63,944 nucleotides of DNA from Octopus bimaculoides (taxonomy: Eukaryota), in the NCBI RefSeq assembly GCF_001194135.2, contig NC_068988.1, positions 54,648,533 to 54,712,476 on the forward strand. The letters run 5' to 3'. Positions 12,776 to 24,732 of this stretch are shown here, one piece after another. Numbering within the stretch: the first letter of the stretch is position 1; each line of letters starts with the position of its first letter. A model generated the notes under the pieces. The model was not told where the DNA came from and made no database searches. It saw nothing but the letters and a program-made list of their open reading frames with translations. Position numbers and translations under genes: made by a program.

Positions 12776-13021
12776 CAGAGGTTCTCAATGGTGGTCCTTA
12801 TGACCCTTGGGGATCCATACAAGATTTTATTGTTAAAATTTATGAACAATAAAATCAGTTATACTTCTACAATGCACAAAATATTAAAAATTTTTTGGTA
12901 CATTTCCTAATAATAATTAATTATAAAAATGTAATGAGATTTTTTTAAACATCAAATAGCTATGAGGGCTCCATCTGAGTAAAATAAGAATCAAAGGTAA
13001 AAAATTGGTTGAGAATCATTG
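12776..13021. mobile_element. hAT (Charlie-like) MITE
   Basis: TIRs cagaggttctcaat / gttgagaatcattg; TSD ttctagac / ttctttac (6/8). Confidence 0.82.
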
Positions 13022-13418
13022 TTCTTTACTATGGATGTTTTTTTTTCGTGTGTTTTTAAGTGACATATTTTTTATATATTGATGATCTGAGTGACATTAC
13101 GTTCATTAGATGACAAAGTTCTTGACAAAACTATTGGAGGAAATAGTTTGACTAGAATATCATAGGAGATAATTTCATAAGGGTATAATGAGAAATGATT
13201 TCACATAGTTTAACTTGATTATAGACCAACATTGTTTTACAAAACTATAATATTGGCAAGGTTTACAAGAAGATAGAAGAACATGGTTTTACAAGACTGT
13301 AGATAGGTGGGGTTTGACAACAATTATGGCCAATTAATTATTTTTAATGATTCTTTTAATGCTAACTACTGTAAATGTTAACACAAGCTTAACTGGATTT
13401 TCCATTGTTTTTTTTCAG

Positions 13419-13457
13419 AAGAATGACTTTTTGACTCAAACAATTCTTCCGGAAGCG
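13419..13457 (+). CDS. TNS: Internal 39-nt symmetric exon (phase 0-0): KNDFLTQTILPEA
   Basis: Acceptor ttccattgtttttttttcag, donor GCG|gtaagt. Only frame 0 is stop-free and it joins exon 39229 in frame. Gene assignment rests on phase compatibility only. Confidence 0.55.
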
Positions 13458-14345
13458 GTAAGTACTTGTTTAACCACAGAATCACTTCACTCTTCATCTG
13501 AGTGGTAACAAAAATCATTCAGAGAAGAGGAGCTAGTTTGATGATAAAATGTTGGTCTGTAACTAGTACCAGGACATTCATGTTTGGAAATTCTTTAGCG
13601 GCATTGTTTAACTTCTCTATTACAATATTTCCATTGAAATACACTGATTTTGATTCAATTAATTTTATAAATAAGGAAAAATGGAGTAAAATAACCTCGT
13701 GATCCTTAATTTTCTTGGAGGGTTTTAGATCACTTCAAAATGGGAAGTTTGAATCACAAAATCCAGGGCAAATTCAGGCAGGTTGGAATCACGAGCTAAA
13801 CATAAAAGCAAAAGAATGCTGGGAGATTTTAATACATTGGGTGTTAAAGTTTCATTTGATGGAAATTTTATCAGCATATTAAGTGAAGACACACATAATT
13901 TGGTTTAGTAATCGCGAACCAATATTTAAATATATATATAAACATAAAGACTATTGATCATTTCACCGATTTTTTTCATATTTATGTTATGTATTTCATG
14001 TTAGTCAGGAGATCAGCAGTAAGACCCAGAATCTTTTGAGACCCATGTTCTTTTGCAGCCCTTTGAGCATTTGTGAGATTGAAATGTAGCTGAGGAGGAA
14101 ACCCAGTTTAGTTTGAATGCGGGCAGTTGAGTAACACTGCTAAAAGCATGTATGGATCAAGTGTTAATGTTAAACTGGGCTGTTTTCTGTTTTCTATAGA
14201 AAACAGAGTTGGAAGGGTAGTGGCCATGACCTTTTTTTGTATGACTGTGTAAGATCTGACAGTGGCATTGTCAAAAAAACCTTAATTGATGGGCAGTTGC
14301 ATTAGAAAACAGTACATTAAGTTATCCTTAGATACAGATTGTATA

Positions 14346-14760
14346 GGCGCAGGAGTAGCTGTGTGGTAAGTAGCTTGCTTACCAACCACATGGTTCTAGG
14401 TTCAGTCCCACTGCGTGGCACCTTGGGCAAGTGTCTTCTACTATAGCCTCGGGCCAACCAAAGCCTTGTGAGTGGATTTGGTAGACGGAAACTGAAAGAA
14501 GCCCGTCATATATATGTATATATATATATATATGTATTTGTGTCTGTGTGTCTGTGTTTGTCGCCCCACCATCGCTTGACAACCGATGCTGGTGTGTTTA
14601 TGTCCCCGTAACTTAGCGGTTCGGCAAAAGAGACCGATAGAATAAGTACTAGGCTTACAAAGAATAAGTCCTGGGGTCGATTTGTTCGACTAAAGGCGGT
14701 GCTCCAGCATGGCCGCAGTCAAATGACTGAAACAAGTAAAAAAGTAAGAGAGAAAAGAGA
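14346..14760 (+). mobile_element. Near-intact young tRNA-derived SINE, family A (tail ending ggcggtgctccagcatggccgcagtc...gaaacaagtaaaa)
   Basis: A-box-like tagctgtgtgg, B-box-like ggttcagtccc, central ccttgggcaagtgtcttc...ggatttggtagacggaaactg, internal (TA/TG)n, A-rich end, many CpGs retained. Multiple copies in the window. Confidence 0.9.
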
Positions 14761-15011
14761 GTATTGCATCAAGATCAACTGGAACGTGAGCAAAAGCTTG
14801 AGTTTGTGTTTACTTCTATTTGATCTAGTCATTGAACCCTTGTTTTAGATGTCTAAGAATTTAATATGTTGGATTAAGGTAGACTACAAACCCAGTTGAT
14901 GGGCTTGTAGTGCTCCCTTAATCAATGTACATGAATACATTCTTGTCAATCAGTTTGCCAGTATCAAAGAGAGAGATAATAAACTGTTGTCAAGGGCAGC
15001 AACCTGTAGGA

Positions 15012-15044
<33 letters not shown>

Positions 15045-15430
15045 CTCATCATCATCATTTAATGTTTACTTTTACATGCTTGTGTGAATCAGACAGAATT
15101 TGTTGACACTGATTTTTCTATATCTGGATGCCTCTCCTGTCACCAACCTTCACCTGTTTCCAATCATAGGAATATCTTTCCATAGCTAGACATGTCTTTC
15201 ATGGAAAACTGGAAATAAACCACCTCTCATATATGACAATGATGCTCATTTACAACCGTCACATGATGTCTTGACAAGGACGCATACACAAATGCACATG
15301 TATACAAAGAGCTTCTTTCAGTTTCCATTTACCACAGGGCTTTGGTTAACCTGGGGACATACTAAAAGGCACATGCTCAAGGTACTGTGTTGTGGAACTA
15401 AAACTACGTAGTAGGGAAGCAAGCTTCACC
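15045..15430 (-). mobile_element. SINE with family A head but RTE-type tail (family A-prime)
   Basis: Head at about 15300-15430; different body (ggttggtgacagg...gcatcc); ends gacattaaatgatgatgat on the minus strand. Confidence 0.75.
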
Positions 15431-15619
15431 GTACCTATACAGTCTGTAACAGTTTGTAAATAATCTCTATATTTGCAAGATCACCTTCCTTGCATGAATG
15501 ATCTGGGGTAAAATTTGTAAATCATTAAACCAAACGACTATGACAATTGCAGTGATGACATTTGACAAGGTACTTTGTTAGTCATTCTGTTGTTATATAT
15601 TAATTTTAAATTTTGGCTC

Positions 15620-15810
15620 AAGGCCAGCTGTTTTGAGGGAGGAGTTAAGTAAATTACATTGGTCCCCCAGTGCTTGACTGATACTTACTTTATTGACCCC
15701 AAAAGGATGAAAGACAAAGTCACTCTCAGCAGAATTTGAACACAGAACATGAAGACAGGTAAAATGCCACCCAGCATTTTGCCCAGCACAGTAATAATTC
15801 TGCCAGCTCG
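15620..15810 (-). mobile_element. Family B SINE
   Basis: Core and head in reverse. Confidence 0.78.
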
Positions 15811-16889
15811 CTGCATTCTGTTATGTATTGACTGACACAATGATCACATCTACTACCAAAACTGAGGATAGAACTCGCAGACATCAGATTGCTAAATGTT
15901 TCTGTTAGATGACTAAGTGCCACATGTTAAATTAGTTGTACAGACCACACCTCTCCTGCATTATCTTCAGCTCAAGATAATAATGGAATACTATGATGTT
16001 GCTAAATAATGTTGTTACTATATATACATCTTGTCAAGATAAACGCTAAAGAATGTTGTACAGAATTAGTTGTTTTTTAATACAGCATTGAAGTAGTTAA
16101 AACTTTAAATAGTTTAGTTGTTGTTTATCCCCAAGTCAGTTCTGTTTGAGCAAATCTGCAAAGGTGTTAGGTTTTGCAACTTTGACTGTCCTGATGGGTT
16201 TTTTTGGGTATATTTAGGATTCCACTGTCTAATGTACCTTTCCTTCTTTAAAGGAAGTAAGGCCTGATTTGAGAGAGAGATTGAAATTTAGCTACTATCT
16301 CTAGCAGGTCAAGTGACAATATGAGTAGCTAGAAAAGTAGCTGGGATACTAATACATAAATTGTCATCATCATCATTATCACCACCATCACCACCATGGT
16401 ATTTCATGCTAGTATGACTTGGACTGATTTGCATGCTGCTGATAGTTCAAATCCATGTCAGGTGTTACAACTTGTCTCTCTGTTAGGTCGTTAGCCCTTT
16501 GTCTGTCAACCTCAGTTGAAGTTGAACATGAAGACAGACGAAATGCCGAAATGCCGCTAAACATGTTGTCCAGTGTGGTAATGATTCTACCAGCTCGCCG
16601 CCATCAACTTAGTGTCTATATTGCTATGCAGCTGATACAGTCCTCTTCAGATAAAGTGATAAAATAAAGCAAAATGATTCATAATAGATGTATTTTAAAG
16701 AATTTTATAATTTTATCCTTATGTATCATATGGTCATTTGAACTGAATACTACTGGAGTTTATTGATATATGAAAAATGAAAGATCAGGATGGAATTGAA
16801 CACTTCTATGAATTAACCACAAAAGTGTTGAGCATAAAATATGATATTATACAGAACCTACAGTGTCTTTAATACATGTTATCTTTGCA

Positions 16890-17272
16890 CAGGTGTGGCT
16901 GTGTGGTAAGAAGCTTGCTTCCCTACCACATGGTTTCAGGTTCAGTCCTACTGCCTGGAACCTTGGGCAAGTGTCTTTTCTCTTGCCTCAAGCTGACCAA
17001 AGCGTTGTGAGTGGGTTTGATGGAGGGAAACTGAAAGAAAACCTGTCATATACATATCTGTGTGTGTCTGTTTGTGCCCCCACTGCTTGATGGCCAGTGT
17101 TGGTGTGTCTACGTCCCCATGACATAGCAGTTCAGCAAGAGAGACTGATAGAATAAGTACCAAACTTTAAAAAAAAAAAAAAGTACTGGCATCAATTCAT
17201 TTGACTAAAAATTCTTCAAGGCAGTGCCCCAGCATGGCCTCAATCTAATGACTGAAAGAAAGTAAAAGATAT
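16890..17272 (+). mobile_element. Family A SINE, full length, diverged
   Basis: Colinear with 14346-14760 from head to tail. Confidence 0.85.
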
Positions 17273-17308
17273 ATACTAAGAAAGCACAACTAAATGACTT
17301 GTATCATA

Positions 17309-17352
<44 letters not shown>

Positions 17353-17625
17353 TGTGCATGTGGTATGTGCCTACATGTATGTGTATATTACACACACTTA
17401 CGCAATACATCACAATACGTCAAGACACACAAGCACTTATGATGTTAACGTATATTCTACTGAAATTCCCTATTAAAGACTTGCTTTCCTCACATGACTC
17501 TCAAGATGTTTCTATTTTAAAGTTCTCAACCAATCCTTTCTCAGCATTTCTTTTTTTTCTCTGTAAAGGAGGGGTTTTTCTTCTTTTTGCTTTTCCTACT
17601 ATGTTGACGAAAGTACAGATTGACT

Positions 17626-17639
17626 GGAATTTCCAGGAA
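17626..17639. promoter_or_regulatory. Overlapping kB-like (GGAATTTCC) and STAT/GAS (TTCCAGGAA) motifs in a CpG-retaining unique segment
   Basis: Motifs read directly from the sequence; any function is inferred. Confidence 0.2.
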
Positions 17640-18629
17640 ATGTGTCGACAGGCGCTACTTGATGAACGTGTAGTGTTCTTAAAGCTACACCAGCTTATTT
17701 CTCCGTGTAAAGTCCACAGTTCACATCAGTTTTTATTTGTTAAGCTGGAATTGGAAAGATACATTAGACATGGTAAATGTTTTGTGTTTTAATTTTTTTC
17801 TCTCACTTTTCTAAACTCACCCATAGGTTTTCTTTTTGTCTCTCCCTCTCTCTTTCTCTCTCATTCCTTCTCTCTTTCTCACTGTTTTGATTAATCACTT
17901 CTTAATGAAGATATGTAAATAAGTTTCATTTTCAAAATACATTTTATAAATAATTTGAAGAACATCTTATTTTAATGTAATCCTAAAAATTCAATCATTT
18001 TATAAGGTAATTTTCATATTCTTAATTTTCTTCCTATATTGTCTGTTTGTTTATTTATTGAATGAGAGAGCTTCAATGCAGTCACTTCTCTGATTAGAAA
18101 TAACAGCTAAATCTCCTTTAAACCACGTCCTGTTTCTGCTACCCTTTTCTCCCCAAAATGGAAGGAAAGATTGGCTAATGCAGTTTTAGATATTTTATAT
18201 ATGAAAAATGAATGATGGAACTGTCAAATTTGGAAATCTTTTGGTAATAATACTGCTCAATCAGGAATGACTTGAAGTAAATAACTTAATATTTCCCACT
18301 CAAGAAAGTTACATTTATTCAGTGCAAACATTATTTTATTACTACTGACATGTCATTTCCCAATGACAAAGAACAACTCAACATATAACTTCAAACAGAA
18401 AGGATAAGGAGAGATGTAAATGTAACAACACACATGTCTGACATGGTTGTTGCCATCTAGTGTCAACAACTTGACCGAGAAAACAACCATAATATGAAAA
18501 CCAAATAAATGTGATAAGTAGCAGATGTTGAGCATATGTATTTCAACAATTCTGTACTCCCAGAATGGCTTAGGGTGTTTGTGACTGGCTCATGTTATTA
18601 AATCACTGTCATAAAATAATACTGCTTTC

Positions 18630-18840
18630 AAGTTTTGGCACAAGGCCAGCAATTTCAGGAGGAGGGATATGCCGATTAAATCAACTTCAGTGCTCAACTG
18701 ATACTTATTTTATCGACCCTGAAAAGATAAAAGGCAAAGTCAACCTCAGTGAAATTTGAACTCTGAATGTAAAGACAGACAAAATGCTGCTAAACATATT
18801 GCCCAGCATGCTAATGATTCTGCCAGCTTGACCACCTTAC
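18630..18840 (-). mobile_element. Family B SINE
   Basis: Core and head in reverse. Confidence 0.8.
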
Positions 18841-19589
18841 TGCCATCGCAAATTTACAAAAGTGCTGCAAGGATTAAAGGCTCTGTGTTTTAAAGATGGT
18901 TTCTCTGTCTCAGCCTGGGATGGAAACTGACTTTCAAGACTCTTGTCTACTCTGCTCAGCTTGGATTTCCAAGAGCTTAACTGTTGCTTTATGGTGTTGG
19001 ATGAGAACCTAGAAAATTTAAAATTAATTATATTTCTTTATAATAATTAACTGACTTATGACTAATGAAACTGATTCTTCCTAAGATAACTGTTATACTG
19101 AATTGTCGAGAATAGAGTATTCATTGGGAAAGCTGAGTTAAAGATAATTTTTTCTTTTCCTTTTGAATAGCTAAGCCAAGGGTTGCATACTGATGTAAAT
19201 TTTGTATGGAAGAGGAAGGGTGATGCCATCTTCAGAATGGATGGAGTTATCCACAGACAAGAGACCCAACTTGGATACTTGCTACAGTGTGGACTCTGGT
19301 AAAAGGTCCGGCCATGTGGTGGCATTAGTCCAGGTGATTGATTAAGTCTGCCATTCTGAAAACAAGAACGATCCCCTTTGTCTAGTTTCCTCTAACTTTG
19401 TCTTTCAAATTTCTGTCAAATGACTTTTGGTTGACTGCTATGAGGCTATGGTAGAAGTTTGCCTAAGGAGCTGTGCAGTGAGATTGAACCTGAAACCATG
19501 TAGATATGTTGGGCAAACTTCATAACTACACAACCATGCATGCATTTATTAAAAAATTTGATTTACAAAATTCACTTAATGCAATAGCT

Positions 19590-19945
19590 TGTTAGTCATT
19601 GTCGTTATTGAGCCCCAGGTCATCTCTGATCCAGCAGACCTTTGATCAAGATGTTCTAGATATGATCATACTCCATTTTACTTTTTTGAGCTTAGTATAT
19701 TTAGGATTAGATTATCCAATGTATCTTGGATATGATTTAATGGAGAGTTTGTTTTTACAGCAAACCTTTGATAAAAGATTTTCAAGATATGACATTCCCC
19801 CCCCCCCCACTCTCTTTTGTTTTTTGTTATTCAGTTCTGTGTATCTATGATTACATTATCCACTATATCTTGAGTATGATTTGAAGCAAATTTTACCTCT
19901 ATATCTAGCAAGTTGTGTGACCACATAGAGGCTTCCTCTATTGTT
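19590..19945 (+). repeat. Unclassified ~230-bp interspersed repeat, partly duplicated here
   Basis: Motifs gcccc(a)ggtca..ctgat..agcagacct.tgatcaa and ctaggactacattatcc..tgt; related copies at about 1830-2035, 16110-16330, 32730-32915 and 57870-58060. Confidence 0.6.
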
Positions 19946-20322
19946 CATAACCTATGGTATGATTTAATGAATTAAGTTTTAAGTTAGTTCAGTGTAATAA
20001 TGTCCAGAGTCATGCACTTTGGATATCAAGATAACAGTGTCTGGCTTTTTGATTTTATCTGAACTTCATTTATTATTCAATATTACAGCAGATATTGTTT
20101 TATTACCTTATTAATTAGGACATCTGGCCTTGAAATATAGTTATATAGGGCAGGTTGACCTGAAGTTCCTGTGCTGATTTTAATTAGAAATATATTGCAA
20201 AGCTTATTCAACTCCAGTTTTGGTATTTACTATTATCAGCAATTGGGCTGTGGGTTGTAAAATCAGTATGACACCACACAAAACATGTTGCTAGTATTTA
20301 CCTATGTTCTTTTGTAGATTAG

Positions 20323-20551
20323 CCCTTTAGCATTCAGATTATTCTGTCAAATGTGATGCCTATTTATTAACATTGTTTCTTTCTTTTCTTTTTTTTTTGT
20401 AATTAATCATGCATTATCTTCTTGCTTTGAGACTTTGACGATGTGATTGTTTATTTTTAGAATGACATTGTTGAGTAGACGCGAGAGGCCAGATCAGATG
20501 AGTTTGAACACAAAACAGTTAGAATATGTGGCTAGTTTAAATGCTATGGGG
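20323..20551 (+). mobile_element. TTAA-flanked (piggyBac-like) MITE
   Basis: Ends ccctttagcatt...aatgctatgggg|ttaa; at least 7 copies in the window. Confidence 0.78.
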
Positions 20552-21554
20552 TTAAGTTCAAGTCCTGTATGAATTAGTCTTAGGGATTGAGGAAATGAAA
20601 TATCATTCAAGTACAGGGTTGCTATATTTGACCAAACCATTTCCCAAGATCTGTGACTTTATACCTACTTTTATAAAAAGAAAAATCAGTTTTATTATTT
20701 CTTCTGACGTTGTTGTCATATCAGATTGGGTCTTTAGTTTCACTTCTGCCCATATTCTTGTCAAATATATTGATTTAATGCTTCCATTATTGAAATTTGT
20801 CTAATTGCAACTGAAGATCACAGTATAAGGGTGAAAACAAAGATATTTTGTTTTCTTTTTATGGAATGTTGGGTGGATATGACATGAAGAAGACAAGTGT
20901 TAATGCGGGTGAAGAGTGTCAACCAACAGACAAAGTTACCAATCCCAAAGAAAAATAATTAACTTGATAATAGTCATCATTTCACCTCCATTGTTGTCAT
21001 ATTTACCCATCTGTCACTGAAATTGATCCTAGCTGCAAATCTTTCCTATTGTTAGGCTCTTTTTGTTTATCTTCTCCATTTTCCTTCCAAACATTAATTT
21101 TGCTTTGATTGTTTTTTTCTTCTTTTTTTCTTGTTAAGCATTTTTTTCTCATGTGCTTCACTTCTTTCTGATGTGTTTTCCTGAGAATTGGCATAAAATT
21201 GGTCTATCTTCTTATGTCCTTGGAACTTTAAGAAGCTGTTATTTTTTATCAGAAGGATTCTTTTTCTAGTAAATTGCTTTTTTTTCCCCCAGACAACATC
21301 CAAACAATTACACTTTTATTGTTTACTTTTTCTTTCAGATTTGAAACTGCTCTGTCTGAGAATAGAAGACCAGTAAAAACTAGTTTTGGTAGAATCTTTG
21401 AGAAATCTTAGTGGGAGATGCATTTTATTGTCTAAATCATGCTTGTGTATTTTCATTATATATATATATATATATTGGTGTGTGTGTGTATATGCATACT
21501 CATATGATGTGTACTATAGAATTAGCAATTTTCACACAGCACACGCATATGTGT

Positions 21555-21985
21555 GAGCGTGTGTGCACACAGATCTCATTGACCAATCTCCTCCACATTT
21601 CCCTGTCCTCCATCATCTCTGCAATATTTTTTTTTTTTTCTTGAGTGTTTGTTTCAATGTTTGTTTCCTCCAGCAACTGTTGCACATATGTTCCACAACA
21701 TCAGCCTCATTTTTTTTTTTTCCATGTACTGGTTCCCATAGTGATAGTTTGCATTTAACTTCATCTTTCCTTTTCCAACAGTCCACTTTGTTTGATAGTT
21801 TCTCTTAATAACGATATATTTCCATATAGCCACACTGTTCATCAAATCGGTAAATATTTTTCACACTCCTTAACATCTTGGTATATGTTCCATTTAATCA
21901 AGCACTCAAATCCATATACCAACATGCTTTCTACAGCAGCTCTAAAAAGCCATATTTTGAGGTCATTAAATAGATTTGGCTATAA
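21555..21985 (-). mobile_element. Decayed RTE/RTEX-like LINE 3' region
   Basis: Minus-strand NDLKIWLFRAAVESMLVYG...LNGTYTKMLRSV and C-terminal IAEMMEDREMWRRLV. Confidence 0.7.
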
Positions 21986-22444
21986 ATATTTTGTTCATTA
22001 CATACCATGTTTATTCAAGTCTTACTTCACTGTCTCTCTTTTGTGCTTTCTATTCATGATCTTAAATATTTGAAGTCATTTACACATTTCAAGATTGTAC
22101 CTGTTGATTTCACACATATATGTTGCTGATGATTTTCTATAAATTTAATGCATAATATATGGATTTAACTAATTGGTTGGTACTCAAAGAAAAGCTCATT
22201 TAATGGATCAGGCTACAAATCACATTGTAAACCAAAATGATATGGATATCAACTGATGAAATAAATTTATTAATTTTATGCCTCCTCTTTCATTTTTTAT
22301 ATATATACACATTGGCTTAGTGATAAGCTATGGACACATAAGAGGTGTAGCAATATCAAACGAAGGCTAACTAGCAAGATAGTTTTTGTATGTGGCAGAT
22401 GCTCAGGAGCAATAAACACTGGAAATGTGCAGAGAACAACTTCT

Positions 22445-22597
22445 GCCACATTCCAGAGAGAAAAACTAGAACTAGTTGATAGCTTCTGTTACCTAGGTGA
22501 CCAAGTCAGTAGTGGGGGTGGGTGCGCAGAAAGTGTAACTTCTAGAATAAGAACAGCCTGGGCAAAGTTCAGAGAGCTCTTACCTCTGCTGGTGACA
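22445..22597 (+). mobile_element. RTE-clade LINE reverse-transcriptase fragment (EKLELVDSFCYLGDQVSSGGGCAESVTSRIRTAWAKFRELLPLL)
   Basis: VDSFCYLG and RIRTAWAKFREL are typical of the RTE RT C-terminal region. Confidence 0.85.
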
Positions 22598-22619
22598 TGT
22601 GAACAAAACATTGGACTGA

Positions 22620-22875
22620 CTTCTGTGCAGGTGGCACGTAACAAAACACCATTTGAGTGTGACTGTTGCCAGTACCGCCAGACTGGCCCTTGTGCCGGTG
22701 TCGCGTAAAAAGCACCCACTACACTCTCAGAGTGATTGACGTTAGGAAGGGAATCCAGCTGTAGAAACTCTGCCAGATCAGACTGGAGTCTGGTGTAGCT
22801 ATCTGGTTCGCCAGTCCCCAGTCAAATCATCCAACCCATGCTAGCATGGAAAGTGGACGTTAAATGATAATGATT
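22620..22875 (+). mobile_element. Family D element joined to the RTE RT fragment
   Basis: gtcgcgtaaaaagcacccactacactct...ccaacccatgctagcatggaaagtggacgttaaatgat. Confidence 0.78.
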
Positions 22876-22944
22876 ATATATATATATATATATATATATT
22901 GGCTTGGCAATAACTATTAATATATATATAAACACATGTAAACG

Positions 22945-23375
22945 TCATCATCAGCATTTTAATGTCCACTTTTCCATGCTTGCATGTCAGATGGTATTAA
23001 ATGAGCCAAATATTCTACTGCAAGGTGATGGTGACAGGAGGAGCATCTTCCTGTCACCAACATTTAACTCTTTCCAAGTAAGATAATATTTCCCCATTGC
23101 CAGATATGTTTTTGCAGGATATTGGAAATGAATGACATTCATTTACAGTGATCCCATGACAGCTAGACAAGGAGACACAAACATACATGTGCTTTTACAT
23201 ACATATACACATATACGACAGACTTCCGTCAGTTTCCATCTACCAATTCCACTCACTGGGCTTTGGTTGATCCAGGGTTATAGTAGAAGAGACTTGAGCC
23301 CGAGGTGCTACATAGTGGGACTGAACCCCAAGCCGTATATTTTGGAAACAAATTTCTTAACCACAGTCAAATCTA
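22945..23375 (-). mobile_element. Family A-prime SINE
   Basis: catcatcagcattttaatgtccacttttccatgcttgcatg tail plus family A head at 23215-23375. Confidence 0.75.
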
Positions 23376-23809
23376 CATGTATATTTATGTATGTATTAGT
23401 TTGAGATTCAGAAAATGCCTCAAACCAAATGGAATGAACCAACAGATATGTGAAGTGCTAAATTGATAGCATGACAGATGTAGTATCAGTTTGGTAACGC
23501 ATGCCCTAAAATTGGAATCTTACTAGAACATTCTTTGGGGCAATGAATATACAATGTACGAAAATGTCATTGAAGAGAGCAAGTAGAAGTGTGTAGCTCT
23601 ACACCGTAGGGGGTGATGAAAAGTGGATAACACCATGTGCTATCAGTTTTCTTGCTTTGGAAGCATACTCTGGGACCCAATATTTTAGTGGCTACATGTC
23701 TTTGCTAGTGCTTAAATATGTCAAGTAATTCCTTTATATCTTGCTACAGATGTGTGTCACACCCTTGCGTAAAGGCGTATTATTTTGTTTGCCTCAGTAT
23801 AAGTATATA

Positions 23810-24110
23810 AAGCACTGGTGATGGTGCCACATAAAATGCAGTGGTGATGGTGTCACGTAAAATACACTTTTGATGGTGTCACGTAAAATGCACTTGTGAT
23901 GGTGTCGCATAAAAAGCACTGGTGCTCATGCCACATAAAAAGCATACAGTATATTCTGTAAAGTGGTTGGCTTTAAGGACATCCACTTGTAGAAACCAAG
24001 CTAAAACAAACTATGGAACCTGATGCGACCTCTGGCCCTTGCTGGCGCCTGTCAAGCTAACTCACACCAACATGGAAAGGAGGTGTTAAATGATAAATGA
24101 TGATGATAGG
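23810..24110 (+). mobile_element. Family D element with a 5 x 26-bp internal tandem array
   Basis: Array at 23812-23941, then the family D body and an (atg)n tail. Confidence 0.75.
23812..23941 (+). repeat. 5 x 26-bp tandem array (gcactggtgatggtgccacataaaat variants)
   Basis: Unit starts at 23812, 23838, 23864, 23890, 23916. Confidence 0.92.
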
Positions 24111-24270
24111 TCTCAAGTATGAAGAGCAAGCTGTTGTTTAGCACTAATACAGTCTTGATCAGTAAAACCTATGATCGAAGATAAGGTAATTCATCCATGA
24201 CTATCTCATCTTTTGTCAAACAGTTTATAAGGATTATGTTATCTAATGCAATGTGTACTTATGCCTTTAA

Positions 24271-24479
24271 CCCTTCAGCATTGAAACTGGCCATATCCAA
24301 CCAAAATATTCTAGTCACAGGCATTTAAACTGGCCTGTGATACTAACCTTACAATATCATTCTAAAAATTAATGGTCACTTCATCAAAATCTCAGAGCTA
24401 CAAGATAATGCAAAATTAATTCAAAACAATGTGAATACATAAGCATTAATTTTGACAGAATAATGTGAATGCTAAAAGG
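24271..24479 (-). mobile_element. TTAA MITE copy
   Basis: ttaa|cccttcagcatt...aatgctaaaagg|ttaa. Confidence 0.85.
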
Positions 24480-24732
24480 TTAAGACAGCAGGATGTGATT
24501 CAACGACATTTAACTGCCATTTCTAGCATGATGGGCTACCAAATAGAGGCTCACTCTTTGAATTGTAAATTGGAAGTTGTTCTCTTAGATGTGCTAAATG
24601 AACCAGATTGAATGATATTCTTTGCTTAAAGATGTAAAGGTACATTGGCACTCGTGTGTTATAGTATAAACTTCCTTTGAGGAGGATACTTTTGTCAAGG
24701 GCGGATCTCTTATCTATTGCTAATTACTTTAA

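Noticed and set aside
14346-14420. tRNA gene calls at SINE heads
   Set aside because: A/B-box-like motifs are present but I see no complete cloverleaf, and each continues into a SINE body.
16254-16256. 3-nt microexon ag|GAA|gtaagg
   Set aside because: Falls inside a copy of the dispersed ~230-bp repeat.
21339-21388. Strong acceptor (tttttctttcag) before FETALSENRRP
   Set aside because: Only weak donors (CA|gtaaaa, TG|gtagaa) and a stop in frame 0; cannot be chained with confidence.
23812-23941. CRISPR-like periodic array
   Set aside because: Units are directly adjacent with no unique spacers, there are no cas genes, and the array lies inside a eukaryotic retroelement.
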